Shown: positions 35,584 through 45,480 of the stretch, piece after piece
How the letters are laid out: each line of letters begins with the position of its first letter
Numbering within the stretch: the stretch's first letter is position 1
Assembly: GCA_937920105.1 (NCBI GenBank)
Contig: CALETH010000070.1
Coordinates: 73,484-137,483 of the forward strand
Origin: an uncultured Bacteroidota bacterium
GTDB taxonomy: Bacteria > Bacteroidota > Ignavibacteria > UBA10030 > UBA8401
Direction of reading: 5' to 3'
Length of the DNA: 64,000 bases
Position numbers and translations under genes: made by a program
Notes under the pieces: model-generated
What the model saw: the letters and a program-made list of their open reading frames with translations, nothing else
Told to the model about the DNA's origin: nothing
The model's database searches: none

Positions 35584-36300
35584 ATGAATACCGCACTTTC
35601 ATATTACGGAGCAAAAGAGTTACAAGCACTCTATCCAAAATTTGTTTCTCGTAGTTTAGCAATAACAATTACATTTCATTTGTTGATTATTGCAGGAATA
35701 TATTTTTCTTTTTCTACTGTAGAAAAAGAAATTCCAAAAATAAAAAATCCAACAATAGTAGAAGTGTATAATCCTGTTGTAAAAGAAAAAATTGCTCCAC
35801 CAAAAGTTCAGCAAATATCAGGAAAGAAAATACCATCGTTAGCAAATTTTGTTCCTGTGCCAATCACCAATATTTCTGATGAACCAACAATTGAAGAATC
35901 AACAACTTCTTCAATAATTGGAAAATCCGGAGATGAAACGGGAGAAATTGGAAGTATTGGTGAAAACTCAATTGGTGGAATTGAAATTCCAAAAGAAACT
36001 GAACCAGCAGAATTTATTCCTATAGAAAAACTACCTGTACCAATTAAACAAGTTGCACCAACATATCCCGAAATTGCACGAAGAGCAAATATTGAAGGAA
36101 CTGTTTTGCTAAAAATTTGGGTAGATAAAGAAGGAAAAGTTCATGAAGTAAGAATTGTAAAATCTGATTCTGAAATTTTTAACCAAGCAGCAATTGAGGC
36201 TGCAAAACAATATTTATTTACTCCTGCAATCATGAATCAAAATCCTGTGAGCGTGTGGGTAACGATACCTTTTAAATTTGTGTTGCAAAGTTCCAGATAA
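35584..36300 (+). CDS. tonB: Energy transducer TonB
   Basis: The product has an N-terminal TM, a P/E/K-rich linker and the C-terminal TonB domain YPEIARRANIEGTVLLKIWVDKEGKV…V. Confidence 0.85.
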   Translation: MNTALSYYGAKELQALYPKFVSRSLAITITFHLLIIAGIYFSFSTVEKEIPKIKNPTIVEVYNPVVKEKIAPPKVQQISGKKIPSLANFVPVPITNISDEPTIEESTTSSIIGKSGDETGEIGSIGENSIGGIEIPKETEPAEFIPIEKLPVPIKQVAPTYPEIARRANIEGTVLLKIWVDKEGKVHEVRIVKSDSEIFNQAAIEAAKQYLFTPAIMNQNPVSVWVTIPFKFVLQSSR

Positions 36301-36350
36301 TTTTTCGTACATTCAATAAACATTTTTATTAATTTTTTAAAAAAATACTT

Positions 36351-36611
36351 ATGGATAAAAAAATTGTGATGTATTCAACTGAATGGTGTGGTGATTGTAA
36401 AATTGCCAAGAGGTTTTTTCAACAACATAATATGGAGTATAAAGAAATTGATATTGATAATGATGAGCAATCTGCACAAAAAGTTATAGAATTATCTGGA
36501 GGAAGAAGAGTGGTGCCAACATTTTTTATTCAGCACTCAAAACATAAATCGACAATTCTTCATAACCCACCATTATCAATGTTAGCAGAAGAATTAGGAG
36601 TAAACTATTAA
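36351..36611 (+). CDS. Glutaredoxin-like protein (CxxC = CGDC)
   Basis: MYSTEWCGDCKIAKRFF…RRVVPTFFI shows a thioredoxin fold with cis-Pro. The product is 86 aa. Confidence 0.8.
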   Translation: MDKKIVMYSTEWCGDCKIAKRFFQQHNMEYKEIDIDNDEQSAQKVIELSGGRRVVPTFFIQHSKHKSTILHNPPLSMLAEELGVNY

Positions 36612-37610
36612 CTACACTTCTCCCTTAATAGAGCGGGACATTAATTCTTCTGTTGCTGTGTGTGGATTTTTTTCTTCAAAAAGAATTTTATAGACTTCAA
36701 AAAAGATTGCCATTTCTATGTGATGTTTGTGTGCTAAATCTACAGCAGAACGACATGTTGCAATTCCTTCTGCAACCATCACCATTTCTTTTAAGATTTC
36801 TTTTAATGTTCGTCCTTTTCCTAATTGCTCTCCAACATATCTATTGCGACTGTGTTTACTCATACAAGTAACAATTAAATCTCCAACACCAGAAAGTCCG
36901 GAAAATGTACGAGGCAATGCACCCATTTTATTTCCTAACCGCGTCATCTCTGCAATACCACGAGTAATAATTGCTGCTTTAGTATTATCACCATAACCAG
37001 CACCATCAACAACTCCAGCACCGATAGCAATAACATTTTTTAATGCACCACCTAATTCCACTCCGCGAATATCATCACTCACATATACGCGAAATGCAGA
37101 AGTATTAAATGTTGATGCAACAAGTTTTGCTGTTCGCAAATTAAATGATGCGGAAACAACTGCTGTTGGTATTTTTTTTACGACTTCTTCTGCATGACTT
37201 GGTCCGGAAATAATAGCAAGATTTTCTTTCTTTTCATTTTTCAACACATCCAACATCATTTCGGACATTGTCATTAAAGAAACATTTTCAATTCCTTTAG
37301 CAACGTTGACGATAATGGTGTTGGAAAGTTTAGCATAGGCAATATTTTGCAATACTGAACGCAGATGTTGTGAAGGAACAGCAGCAACAAGCAATTCTTT
37401 TTTTGTAATTGCTTCTTCAATATCATTAGTAATTTTTATTTGTGAGGGGATTTTAATGCCGGGAAGGAAGGTTGAGTTTTCGTACGTTTCTTGTAATTGC
37501 AAAGCGTGTTCAGAACGATATGTCCACAATGTAACATCGTGAAGATTTTCTGCCAAAAGAATGGCAAGAGTAGTTCCCCAACTTCCAGCACCAAGAACAC
37601 CGATGTTCAT
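36612..37610 (-). CDS. gpsA: NAD(P)H-dependent glycerol-3-phosphate dehydrogenase
   Basis: MNIGVLGAGSWGTTLA, GPSHAEEV and ALKNVIAIGAG are present. Confidence 0.95.
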   Translation of the reverse strand: MNIGVLGAGSWGTTLAILLAENLHDVTLWTYRSEHALQLQETYENSTFLPGIKIPSQIKITNDIEEAITKKELLVAAVPSQHLRSVLQNIAYAKLSNTIIVNVAKGIENVSLMTMSEMMLDVLKNEKKENLAIISGPSHAEEVVKKIPTAVVSASFNLRTAKLVASTFNTSAFRVYVSDDIRGVELGGALKNVIAIGAGVVDGAGYGDNTKAAIITRGIAEMTRLGNKMGALPRTFSGLSGVGDLIVTCMSKHSRNRYVGEQLGKGRTLKEILKEMVMVAEGIATCRSAVDLAHKHHIEMAIFFEVYKILFEEKNPHTATEELMSRSIKGEV

Positions 37611-37623
37611 AGAAAAAACCTTT

Positions 37624-37677
37624 CATAAAAAATAAACCCTACAGAAAAATTTTTATTGATACATATTCTGCAGGGTT
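37624..37677 (-). terminator. Candidate terminator after plsY
   Basis: aaccctacag (37635-37644) pairs with ctgcagggtt (37668-37677) with 1 mismatch and a long loop. A minus-strand T-run follows. Confidence 0.4.
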
Positions 37678-37708
37678 CATTAAATGTAAGTTCGTTATAG
37701 TTAACTAT

Positions 37709-38380
37709 TTATTTTTTTGCTCCGCTAAAACTTGTCAGTTTGTTTTCTGTACCATTCCACAATCTATGAATATTTTCTCTATGAGTGTAGATAATAAGAA
37801 TAGCGGTAGCAACAGCAAAAAAAATTCGTGTATCGTAACCTTGGATATCTACATGAAAAACATTTTCACGGAAATACATTGTTAAAGGAAATGCAATTGC
37901 CCCAGCAATGGAACTTAATGAAACATAACGGAAACAAAAAAATACAAGAATAAAAATTCCCAAGGCAAGAGCAAATTCAATAGGTGCTAATCCCAAAATC
38001 ATTCCGGCACCAGTGGCAACACCTTTTCCACCTTTGAAATTTGCAAACAACGTCCAAATATGTCCCAATACAGCTGCAACACCGCAACAAATTTGCATGA
38101 CTGTTAAATCTTCAAAAATTGTTCCATTGTGAAAAGGTAATTCATTCCCAAAGAAAATTTTAGGAAGAAAATACGTTGCAAAAACACCTTTAAACAAATC
38201 AAATAAAATTACCGCTAACCCGATTTTCCATCCTAACATTCGTAATACATTGGTTCCACCGGCATTACCACTTCCAAATTTGCGAATATCTTCGGCTTTG
38301 AGAAATTTGGTAACTATGATACTGGTGGGAATTGAACCAATAACATAACTTATAGTGATAAGTAAGAAAAAGTTTATCAT
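37709..38380 (-). CDS. plsY: Glycerol-3-phosphate acyltransferase PlsY
   Basis: GSGNAGGTNV and …FKGGKGVATGAG… are present, and the protein is polytopic. Confidence 0.95.
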   Translation of the reverse strand: MINFFLLITISYVIGSIPTSIIVTKFLKAEDIRKFGSGNAGGTNVLRMLGWKIGLAVILFDLFKGVFATYFLPKIFFGNELPFHNGTIFEDLTVMQICCGVAAVLGHIWTLFANFKGGKGVATGAGMILGLAPIEFALALGIFILVFFCFRYVSLSSIAGAIAFPLTMYFRENVFHVDIQGYDTRIFFAVATAILIIYTHRENIHRLWNGTENKLTSFSGAKK

Positions 38381-38453
38381 AATATCCTCCTATACATGTA
38401 AAAGTCTTACTTTAAAAAAGTAATTAATCGTGTGATGAAAATCAAGAAAGAGG

Positions 38454-39728
38454 TTAGATTTTCCCAAAATAACGAACTAACCACAAACTGATTTCCGGAA
38501 CATAGGTAATAAGAAGGAGAACGCAAAGAAGAAGAAGAATAAATGGAAGAGTTGCCATCACAATTTCACCAATAGGTTTTTTGAAACGAAAACTCGAAAG
38601 GAAAAGATTTAATCCTACAGGCGGAGTCAGGTAACCGATTTCGAGATTGGTGAGAAAAATAATTCCAAGATGAAGAGGGTCAACACCATATTGCCGTGCA
38701 ATTGGAACAATGAGTGGAACAACAACAATAATTGCGGAAAAAATATCCATCATCATTCCAACAATGAGAAGAAAAATATTAAGAATAATAAGAAAAACAA
38801 TTTTATCGGTAATAACACTGCGAACAAGTTCAAATAATTTTTGCGGAACTTCTTGGTCAATTAAATAACTCGTCAATCCCATCGCAGTAGCAAGAATCAT
38901 TAAAATTGCACCAACCAAAATCATACTTTCTTTCATAATGCGTGGAATATCGGAAAACAATTTCAAATCTCTATAAATAAAAACTTCTACCACTAAAACA
39001 TAAAATGCAGTTACCGCAGCGGCTTCTGTTGCAGTAAATATCCCACCATAAATTCCACCAATAACAATAAATGGTAACGGTATTTCCCAAATAGCATTTC
39101 TCACCGCGGAAAATATTTTTGAAAATTCAAATGATTCTCGCTTAATGTGAGTAGAAACTCCTTGGCGTATACTATAGAGTGCAAGTACTATAATAAGAAG
39201 TATTCCGGGAATAATTCCTGCTAAAAATAAATTATCAATAGAAACTTCTCCAAAAATACCGTACAAAATAATTGGAACGCTTGGCGGAAAAAGTAATCCC
39301 AAACTTCCGGAAGTAGTAATTAAGCCAAGTGAAAATTTTTCTGTGTATTGTTGAGACATTAAAATTGGATAGACAAGTCCGCCAAGAGCGATAATGGTAA
39401 TTCCGGAACCACCGGTAAACGCGGTGAACAATGCACACGTTAACAACACCACAATAGCAAGTCCGCCGGGAAGCCAGCCAACAAAAGATTGTGCAAGTGC
39501 TAATAAACGTTGTGGAGTTTTACTTTCTGCAAGAACATATCCGGCAAAAGTAAAAAGTGGAATGGCTATTAAAATTGGCTGACTGGCTATTCGGTAGAGT
39601 TCAACAATCACTGCGGCAGTATCAATATCTTGAGAAGAAAATCCAACTAAAGAAATAGAGCCAATGATAGAAAAAAGTGGGGCACCAAATAATGCTAACG
39701 CGATAAGAGCAAGAATGATATATATCAT
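38454..39728 (-). CDS. TRAP transporter large permease (DctM family)
   Basis: The product is polytopic, ~424 aa counted from the ATG at 39728 (MIYIILALIA…). That ATG overlaps the DctQ stop as TAATG. Typical DctM blocks are present (…TGGSGITIIALG…, …EIGYLTPPVGLNLF…). Confidence 0.9.
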   Translation of the reverse strand: MIYIILALIALALFGAPLFSIIGSISLVGFSSQDIDTAAVIVELYRIASQPILIAIPLFTFAGYVLAESKTPQRLLALAQSFVGWLPGGLAIVVLLTCALFTAFTGGSGITIIALGGLVYPILMSQQYTEKFSLGLITTSGSLGLLFPPSVPIILYGIFGEVSIDNLFLAGIIPGILLIIVLALYSIRQGVSTHIKRESFEFSKIFSAVRNAIWEIPLPFIVIGGIYGGIFTATEAAAVTAFYVLVVEVFIYRDLKLFSDIPRIMKESMILVGAILMILATAMGLTSYLIDQEVPQKLFELVRSVITDKIVFLIILNIFLLIVGMMMDIFSAIIVVVPLIVPIARQYGVDPLHLGIIFLTNLEIGYLTPPVGLNLFLSSFRFKKPIGEIVMATLPFILLLLCVLLLITYVPEISLWLVRYFGKI

Positions 39729-40237
39729 TAGAGAGTTTCCTTTACTTCCCAATTTTTTTGAAATATTTCTACCAACCAACGAAGAACTAATACAAGAAAA
39801 CGAAATGCCATAATTCCATAACCAATAGGAATGATGATAATAAAATATTGTAAGGGTAGATTAAAAATGAGTATGCTGTCTGGTTCAATACCAATTTCAA
39901 TAAAAGAAATTGATGCACGAAGAAGATAATAACAAACAACGACTGCAAAAATATTGGTGATGATGTAAAAAACTTTTTTAATTTTGTGAGGAAGAAATTT
40001 TGTAAGAAAATCTATACGAATATGTCGGTTTTCTCCGGTTGCCAAGGCAGCACCAAGAAATCCCAACCATAAAACAAGATGACGTAACAACACGTCTGCC
40101 CAGATAATACCGCTGGAAAAAAAATTTCTTAATAAGACTTGTCCAAAAGATAATAGTATCATCACACTTAAAAACAATACAACAATCCAACCAATACATT
40201 TTGCAAGCCAGGTATCAAGAAGTGTGAGGATTTTCAT
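39728..40237 (-). CDS. TRAP transporter small permease (DctQ family)
   Basis: The 169-aa product has 4 TM segments. Its start forms an ATGA overlap with the upstream SBP gene. Confidence 0.85.
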   Translation of the reverse strand: MKILTLLDTWLAKCIGWIVVLFLSVMILLSFGQVLLRNFFSSGIIWADVLLRHLVLWLGFLGAALATGENRHIRIDFLTKFLPHKIKKVFYIITNIFAVVVCYYLLRASISFIEIGIEPDSILIFNLPLQYFIIIIPIGYGIMAFRFLVLVLRWLVEIFQKNWEVKETL

Positions 40238-41226
40238 TTTTTTCCTTTAGTACGAAATTCTAAAACAGTTTTTTCTACACGGTTAAGAAAATCAGTAGTA
40301 TATAATTTATCTACTATCAATTTTCTTGCTTTCTTACCGATTTCATCATACGTTGCAATTTCTTTCGGGTCTGGTTTGGTAAAGTTGATTTTATTTTTTT
40401 TCAATGTTTCTAAAGATTTTTCATTATCTTTTCTACTTTGTTCAGTAAGTTTTCGCATATACAGTTTTCCATTACGAAGAAGTATTTCTTGCAAGTCTGC
40501 AGGAAGTTTATCATACTGTTTTTTTGAAATTACTACGGAACCGGCTGAATTCGCAAGTGGATATTCCATCATATATTTTACGGCAGTAAACCATTGTAGA
40601 GAAACTGCTGCTAATGAAGGAGCGTAAATCCCATTAATAAGTCCTGTTTGTAAAGAGGTAAGAACATCGGTAATGGAAAGAGAAATAGGATTGATATTTA
40701 ATGCTTTAAATGTTGCATCTGCAACAACATCACCTTCCCACGCCCACATTTTTACACTTTTTATATCATTCACTTTTTGAATTGGTGTATTCGTAAAAAT
40801 ATATACGGAACCAACTTCTGCCCAACCAAGAAGAACAAATCCACCATCTTCAAAAGATTTTCGAAATTCGCTATCAAATTTTTCTAAAATATAATCTACC
40901 TCATTGTGATTTTTAAAAAGAAATGGTGTATCTAAAATACGTACAGGTTTTGCAATTTCTCCCATTCCAACTCCGGTAATCCCGGCACTGTGAAATTGCC
41001 CCAAGCGAATTTTTCGTAATACATCGGTTTCATCACCAGCAACTCCACCGGGATAAATTTTAAATCCTAATCTTCCATTACTTTCTTTGCGAACGGCTTT
41101 ATCATATTCCTTCATCACATTTATCCACGTGCTGCCTTCGGGTGCAAGTGTTGCAAATTTTATAGTGTATTCTTGTGAAAAAAGATTGGTAATAAGAATG
41201 AGTGATGCTATGAGATATTTTAACAT
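40234..41226 (-). CDS. TRAP transporter substrate-binding protein (DctP/TatP type)
   Basis: MLKYLIASLILITNLFSQ/E is the signal peptide, and …IKFATLAPEGSTW… is present. The ATG at 41226, with an AAGGA SD, is preferred over the track's extended start, which runs into a repeat. Confidence 0.9.
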   Translation of the reverse strand: MLKYLIASLILITNLFSQEYTIKFATLAPEGSTWINVMKEYDKAVRKESNGRLGFKIYPGGVAGDETDVLRKIRLGQFHSAGITGVGMGEIAKPVRILDTPFLFKNHNEVDYILEKFDSEFRKSFEDGGFVLLGWAEVGSVYIFTNTPIQKVNDIKSVKMWAWEGDVVADATFKALNINPISLSITDVLTSLQTGLINGIYAPSLAAVSLQWFTAVKYMMEYPLANSAGSVVISKKQYDKLPADLQEILLRNGKLYMRKLTEQSRKDNEKSLETLKKNKINFTKPDPKEIATYDEIGKKARKLIVDKLYTTDFLNRVEKTVLEFRTKGKK

Positions 41227-41266
41227 TGTTTTTTTCCTTTGTGAGATTTTGTAAAAATAAGTTTTC

Positions 41267-41291
41267 GTCATTCCTGCGAAAGCAGGAATCC
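41267..41291. repeat. 'gtcattcctgcgaaagcaggaatcc' hairpin repeat
   Basis: The stem is cctgc/gcagg with a GAAA loop. It lies between the tatT-like and dctP-like genes. Confidence 0.75.
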
Positions 41292-41304
41292 AAAAGTATA
41301 AAAT

Positions 41305-42183
41305 TTAAAAAAACAAATCATCAATTTTTTCAGAAAGTTTTTTTGCTTTTCGTTTTGCAATCGCATTGACTAATTTTTGCTCCGGTAATACATCAAGCGA
41401 TGTTGTATCAACAGTGGTGAGAAGTTGTTGAAATAACTCTTTGTTTTGTGTTTGCACACAGTAACTTTTTGCCATATACACATGTGCTAATAAAAATTTA
41501 TTATGGCTAATGGAAAAACATTTTTCAAAATGAACTTTTGCACTGTCTGGTTTTCCGCCAAGGTTTTTTGGAATGGTTGCTAAAATTGTTGCAAAATAGA
41601 GATGTGCTCCACCGTAAAAATATTTTTCATCATTTTTTAGAACAAAATTCATCATTGCATTTACTTTTGGTAATTCTCCAAGAACAGCGGGATTGGAAAT
41701 GCTGACATTAAGAAGATTTCCCCAAGCATTAGCAGTCCAAAAAATAAGAGGAACATCATCTTTCGAAAAAGAATCCAAACTTTTAGTGAATGTTGTAATA
41801 TCTTCATTGAACGCTGTATTAAATTTTTCATTCTTTTTTAATGCGGTAAGACCGTATTCTTTTGCACGTGCATATAATAGAGCAGCACGTTCAAGATTTT
41901 CATCTTCCACAAAACCGAGAGTGTAACCGGTATATCCTTGTGTGAGAAGAAAGAGGAGATGTTTATCTTTTTTTCCACCGGCTTTGTACAGCGCTTCTAA
42001 CAATTTTAAATTTGCTGGTATGGATTGTTCTGCGGTTGCTAAATCTTCTTCTTCAAAAACGGCTTCTATACCGTAATCTAAAATTCCGGCGGTAGAGTTT
42101 ATTGCTACATTTTGCACTATTCCGCAAGACCAACTTTGAAGAATAAGAAGTGTAAAAAAAGTGGTGAGAATGATTTTTTTCAT
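41305..42183 (-). CDS. TRAP-associated TPR lipoprotein (TatT component family)
   Basis: The start is MKKIILTTFFTLLILQSWSC/G, with a lipobox-like Cys. …ANLKLLEALYK…GYTGYTLGFVED…RAALLYARAKEYGLTAL… matches my recollection of TatT-family helical repeats. It lies immediately upstream of the TRAP SBP. Confidence 0.7.
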   Translation of the reverse strand: MKKIILTTFFTLLILQSWSCGIVQNVAINSTAGILDYGIEAVFEEEDLATAEQSIPANLKLLEALYKAGGKKDKHLLFLLTQGYTGYTLGFVEDENLERAALLYARAKEYGLTALKKNEKFNTAFNEDITTFTKSLDSFSKDDVPLIFWTANAWGNLLNVSISNPAVLGELPKVNAMMNFVLKNDEKYFYGGAHLYFATILATIPKNLGGKPDSAKVHFEKCFSISHNKFLLAHVYMAKSYCVQTQNKELFQQLLTTVDTTSLDVLPEQKLVNAIAKRKAKKLSEKIDDLFF

Positions 42184-42266
42184 AGTAGACTTAATATAAA
42201 AAAAATTGAAGGGAATTTCCACAGAGTAGAATTAAGAATACAAAAAAATAAAAATATTTGTATTCT

Positions 42267-43184
42267 TTACGATAAATATTTTTCAAAAAACGACACTACT
42301 TTTTTTTCAAAATCGTTTCCACCAATTGCATGAATATTATTATGATGAGCGTTTTTTACAAGATAGAGTTCTTTTTTTTTGCTTCCAGCAGCCGTAAAAA
42401 GTAATTCACTATAGTAATGCTGAATGTTTGTATCATTTTCTCCGTGAATAAATAATAGCGGACACGAAATTTTTTCTACTGCTCTTATTGGAGAGACTTC
42501 ACGATGCTTGAAGTTGGCAATTTTTTCTGCACGTTTCATTACAATGTTGCGAAGAAAATGCCACGGCAAATAAAATAACCGTTTCTGATAATCTACAGTA
42601 ATGGTGCGAAGTGTGGTAAAACATCCTTCGGAAATAACGGCGGAGATTCGTGGTTCAATAGAAGTTGCTTGTAAGGCAATTGCTGCTCCCATAGACCTTC
42701 CATAAATGCCAATTTTTCCTACATCAATATTTTTTGCTTGAAATTTTTTTTCTATTTCATCAAGAATTTTTTGTACATCAAACTTTTCATAATATCCATA
42801 CGTACAAAAATTTCCCTCACTTTCTCCATGAGCGCGGGAATCGTACAATACTACATTAAAGTTATTTTCATTAAAAATTTTTGCTAAATGTAATCCACCA
42901 ATTTTATTATCACCAACACCATGTAAATAAACAATAGTCCCTTTGGGTTGTGAGGATGGAATATACCATCCGTACAATGTAAAATTTTCATTAGTGGTTA
43001 CTGTAAAATTTTCATAAGGAAGTGAAAGTTCAGAAGGGTGTGTTGGCAGATTTTTTCCCCGATAATATTGTGCAGTAAGTCTTGATGGTGTAAGAAAAAC
43101 TGATGTACCGAGAAAAAATACTGCTAATGAAACACTAACAAGAAAAAATATTGATGTTATAATTATAAAAAGTAGAAGAGACAT
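42267..43184 (-). CDS. Membrane-anchored alpha/beta hydrolase
   Basis: An N-terminal TM is present. The nucleophile elbow is GRSMGAA, with HGVGD… and a C-terminal His region (…NAHHNNIH). Confidence 0.8.
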   Translation of the reverse strand: MSLLLFIIITSIFFLVSVSLAVFFLGTSVFLTPSRLTAQYYRGKNLPTHPSELSLPYENFTVTTNENFTLYGWYIPSSQPKGTIVYLHGVGDNKIGGLHLAKIFNENNFNVVLYDSRAHGESEGNFCTYGYYEKFDVQKILDEIEKKFQAKNIDVGKIGIYGRSMGAAIALQATSIEPRISAVISEGCFTTLRTITVDYQKRLFYLPWHFLRNIVMKRAEKIANFKHREVSPIRAVEKISCPLLFIHGENDTNIQHYYSELLFTAAGSKKKELYLVKNAHHNNIHAIGGNDFEKKVVSFFEKYLS

Positions 43185-43204
43185 TTTTTATAGTAATACT
43201 TTCG

Positions 43205-43242
43205 TTCAAAAATAACAAGGTCGGTAATTTACCGACCTTGTT
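43205..43242 (-). terminator. Intrinsic terminator after the T9SS cargo gene
   Basis: A 12-bp stem forms between aacaaggtcggt (43214-43225) and accgaccttgtt (43231-43242). A minus-strand T-run (tattttt) follows. Confidence 0.7.
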
Positions 43243-43272
43243 TTCTGATTACTGAATTCTGACTGCTGAAAA

Positions 43273-45339
43273 TTATTTCACCAACATCATTTTTTTTGTT
43301 TCAACAAAATTTCCTGCTTGGAGACGGTAGTAATATACTCCTGTTGGTAAGGTGGTAGCATTGAGTGTTGCCATATACGTTCCACCTTCTTGCTCACCAT
43401 TGACCAATGTTGCAACTGTTTCTCCCAAAACATTATACACTTTTAAGGTAGTAAATGTTTTTTCCGGTAGACGATAACTAATAACGGTATTGGGATTAAA
43501 TGGATTTGGATAATTTTGGTCTAACGATGTTGTGGTTGGTAGACCAACTTCTACTTTAATAGGGTCAAAGTACGTTACCTTTCCATCATTATCGATTTGT
43601 TGTAAACGATACCAGTTTGTTCCCATAGTTGCTTGTTTATCGACATAACTATAATAGTGAGGAAAGTTTATTGTTCCTTGTCCGGCAATCGTCGGAGAGA
43701 TTTTTCTAAAGTTTTCTGCTTTAGGAAAGCCGCCAAAAAATCCGTTTTTACCAAGAGTTGCTCGTTCTGCAATAAAACCATTATTATTAGATTCTGTAAT
43801 GGTTTCCCATGATAATGTTACTACACCATCTTTTACAGTTGCACCAAATTTTGCTATTTGCACGGGGAGGGTGAAATTGTTTGAGAGGAGTTTGTGTGCA
43901 TAAATATCTGTACCTGTTATTTCAAAATTACGATAATCTTCCCACACAAAAATGGCAGAGCCATTATCAGAGGGAACTACTTGTGGATTCCATTGGTTGT
44001 TTCTGCGACCAGAGACAACTACGCCACTTGTACCAGCGGAGGTTGTTCCCGTTCCACTAATTTTATTGGCAAAAATATCATAGTTTGTACCACCACGATT
44101 ATCTTGCCAGGCAACAACATATTCACCACCACCAACATTCACAATTTGTGGTCTCTCTTGATTAAATATAGCGGTACATACAGCAACACCATCAGTGGTC
44201 CATTGAGGTGTTCCTGAACCATTAATTCGTTGGGCATAAATATCATAATCACCATCATTACGTAAATCTGTCCATGTGATAACAACACCACCGCTTCCAT
44301 CCCAATTTATTGCTGGGTCAACTTGGTCATGGAGAGATTGACAAACGGGGGTAACCCATGAAACTGCAGGAGCATACCCCCCAAAAATGCCAACTTTTCC
44401 AGAATCTATTCTTGCAGCATAAATATCATATTCATCAATTTTTCTCTTATCTTGCCACGTTAAAATTGCTGTTCCACCTTGACCTATCATTTTAAAATTT
44501 TCCTGGTCATCTATAAACTCTGAATACCCACCCGAAACGTTAAAATTAAATCCATTATTTCCAGCAATATCTGTATATACTTTTGTACCGTTTGAATAAA
44601 GTCTTTGTACATAAATTTCTTTGTTGATATTGCGCATATCTTCCCAAGCAATAAGACAAGAGCCATCCCCGAAAGTAATAACTTGTGGTTTGGTTTGGGC
44701 TCCTGCAGCATTAGTTACAGAAATGCCATTTGCAGTCCATAAAGCATTACCATTCACATCTATTCTTTGTGCATAAATATCAATTCCTGTAGTATTGTAA
44801 TTGCGATAATCTTCCCAAACAATAATTGCCCCATCACTACCATCTGGTGCCATTTTTAGATTGAGTTCTTTTCCAAGATTGTTTGTTGCTGATAAATCCA
44901 CTACAAGCTTACCATAAATTATCCAAAGGTAATCAGCATTACTTCCACTTGTTTTTTGCACTCTCATTGCGTCAGGTTGATTATCACCATCAGCAATATA
45001 TCCTGTTAAAAAATCAGCACCAGATTTTACAACATCAAAATTTTTGGTTATGGTGCCAGCATAATAAACAGTATCTCCATTATGTTTCCAAACTTCATTA
45101 CCTGTAGAATTTATTTTTTGAGCGTAAATGTAAGAATTACCATTTCTACTATCTAACCAAAAAGTAACAACACCACTACCATCACTTATTACTTTAATGT
45201 TTGTTTGGTCACCAGTAGTATCGCTTACAGTTTTTCCTTTTACACCCCCATCATTTACCCATTGGGCATTAGTGGTTGTGTAAAGAAGTGCAATACACAA
45301 AAGTGCAAAGGCAGTTTGTACAATAGATTTTGTTTTCAT
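43273..45339 (-). CDS. T9SS cargo protein with repeated ~55-aa 'DIYAQRI…G…W' beta-propeller-like units and a type-A C-terminal sorting domain
   Basis: A signal peptide is present. There are at least 7 repeats (YIYAQKINSTGNEVW, DIYAQRIDVNGNALW, DIYAQRINGSGTPQW, …). The CTD is NYPNPFNP…VYNVLGE…GVYYYRLQAGNFVETKKMMLVK. Confidence 0.85.
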   Translation of the reverse strand: MKTKSIVQTAFALLCIALLYTTTNAQWVNDGGVKGKTVSDTTGDQTNIKVISDGSGVVTFWLDSRNGNSYIYAQKINSTGNEVWKHNGDTVYYAGTITKNFDVVKSGADFLTGYIADGDNQPDAMRVQKTSGSNADYLWIIYGKLVVDLSATNNLGKELNLKMAPDGSDGAIIVWEDYRNYNTTGIDIYAQRIDVNGNALWTANGISVTNAAGAQTKPQVITFGDGSCLIAWEDMRNINKEIYVQRLYSNGTKVYTDIAGNNGFNFNVSGGYSEFIDDQENFKMIGQGGTAILTWQDKRKIDEYDIYAARIDSGKVGIFGGYAPAVSWVTPVCQSLHDQVDPAINWDGSGGVVITWTDLRNDGDYDIYAQRINGSGTPQWTTDGVAVCTAIFNQERPQIVNVGGGEYVVAWQDNRGGTNYDIFANKISGTGTTSAGTSGVVVSGRRNNQWNPQVVPSDNGSAIFVWEDYRNFEITGTDIYAHKLLSNNFTLPVQIAKFGATVKDGVVTLSWETITESNNNGFIAERATLGKNGFFGGFPKAENFRKISPTIAGQGTINFPHYYSYVDKQATMGTNWYRLQQIDNDGKVTYFDPIKVEVGLPTTTSLDQNYPNPFNPNTVISYRLPEKTFTTLKVYNVLGETVATLVNGEQEGGTYMATLNATTLPTGVYYYRLQAGNFVETKKMMLVK

Positions 45340-45439
45340 AATAATTCCCCCAATAAAAAAGTTTTTGTAAATATTAATTGATACGATAAAGTAATTAATG
45401 TTTGATTCTTTCGCAAGTAAGTTTTTGGTGAATGTGATG

Positions 45440-45480
45440 AAAAATACAAAAGGTTGATTTCATCTACGTTCAATCAACCT
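45440..45480 (-). terminator. Candidate terminator overlapping the priA stop
   Basis: aggttgatt (45451-45459) pairs with aatcaacct (45472-45480). A minus-strand T-rich run follows. Confidence 0.4.

Noticed and set aside
41102-41293. The 'MDSCFRRNDE…' ORF, and the equivalent 'MDSRFRGNDI…' ORF at 60517..60708.
   Set aside because: Both start inside family-1 palindromic repeats and run antisense or out of frame through real genes. They are artefacts of translating the repeat.
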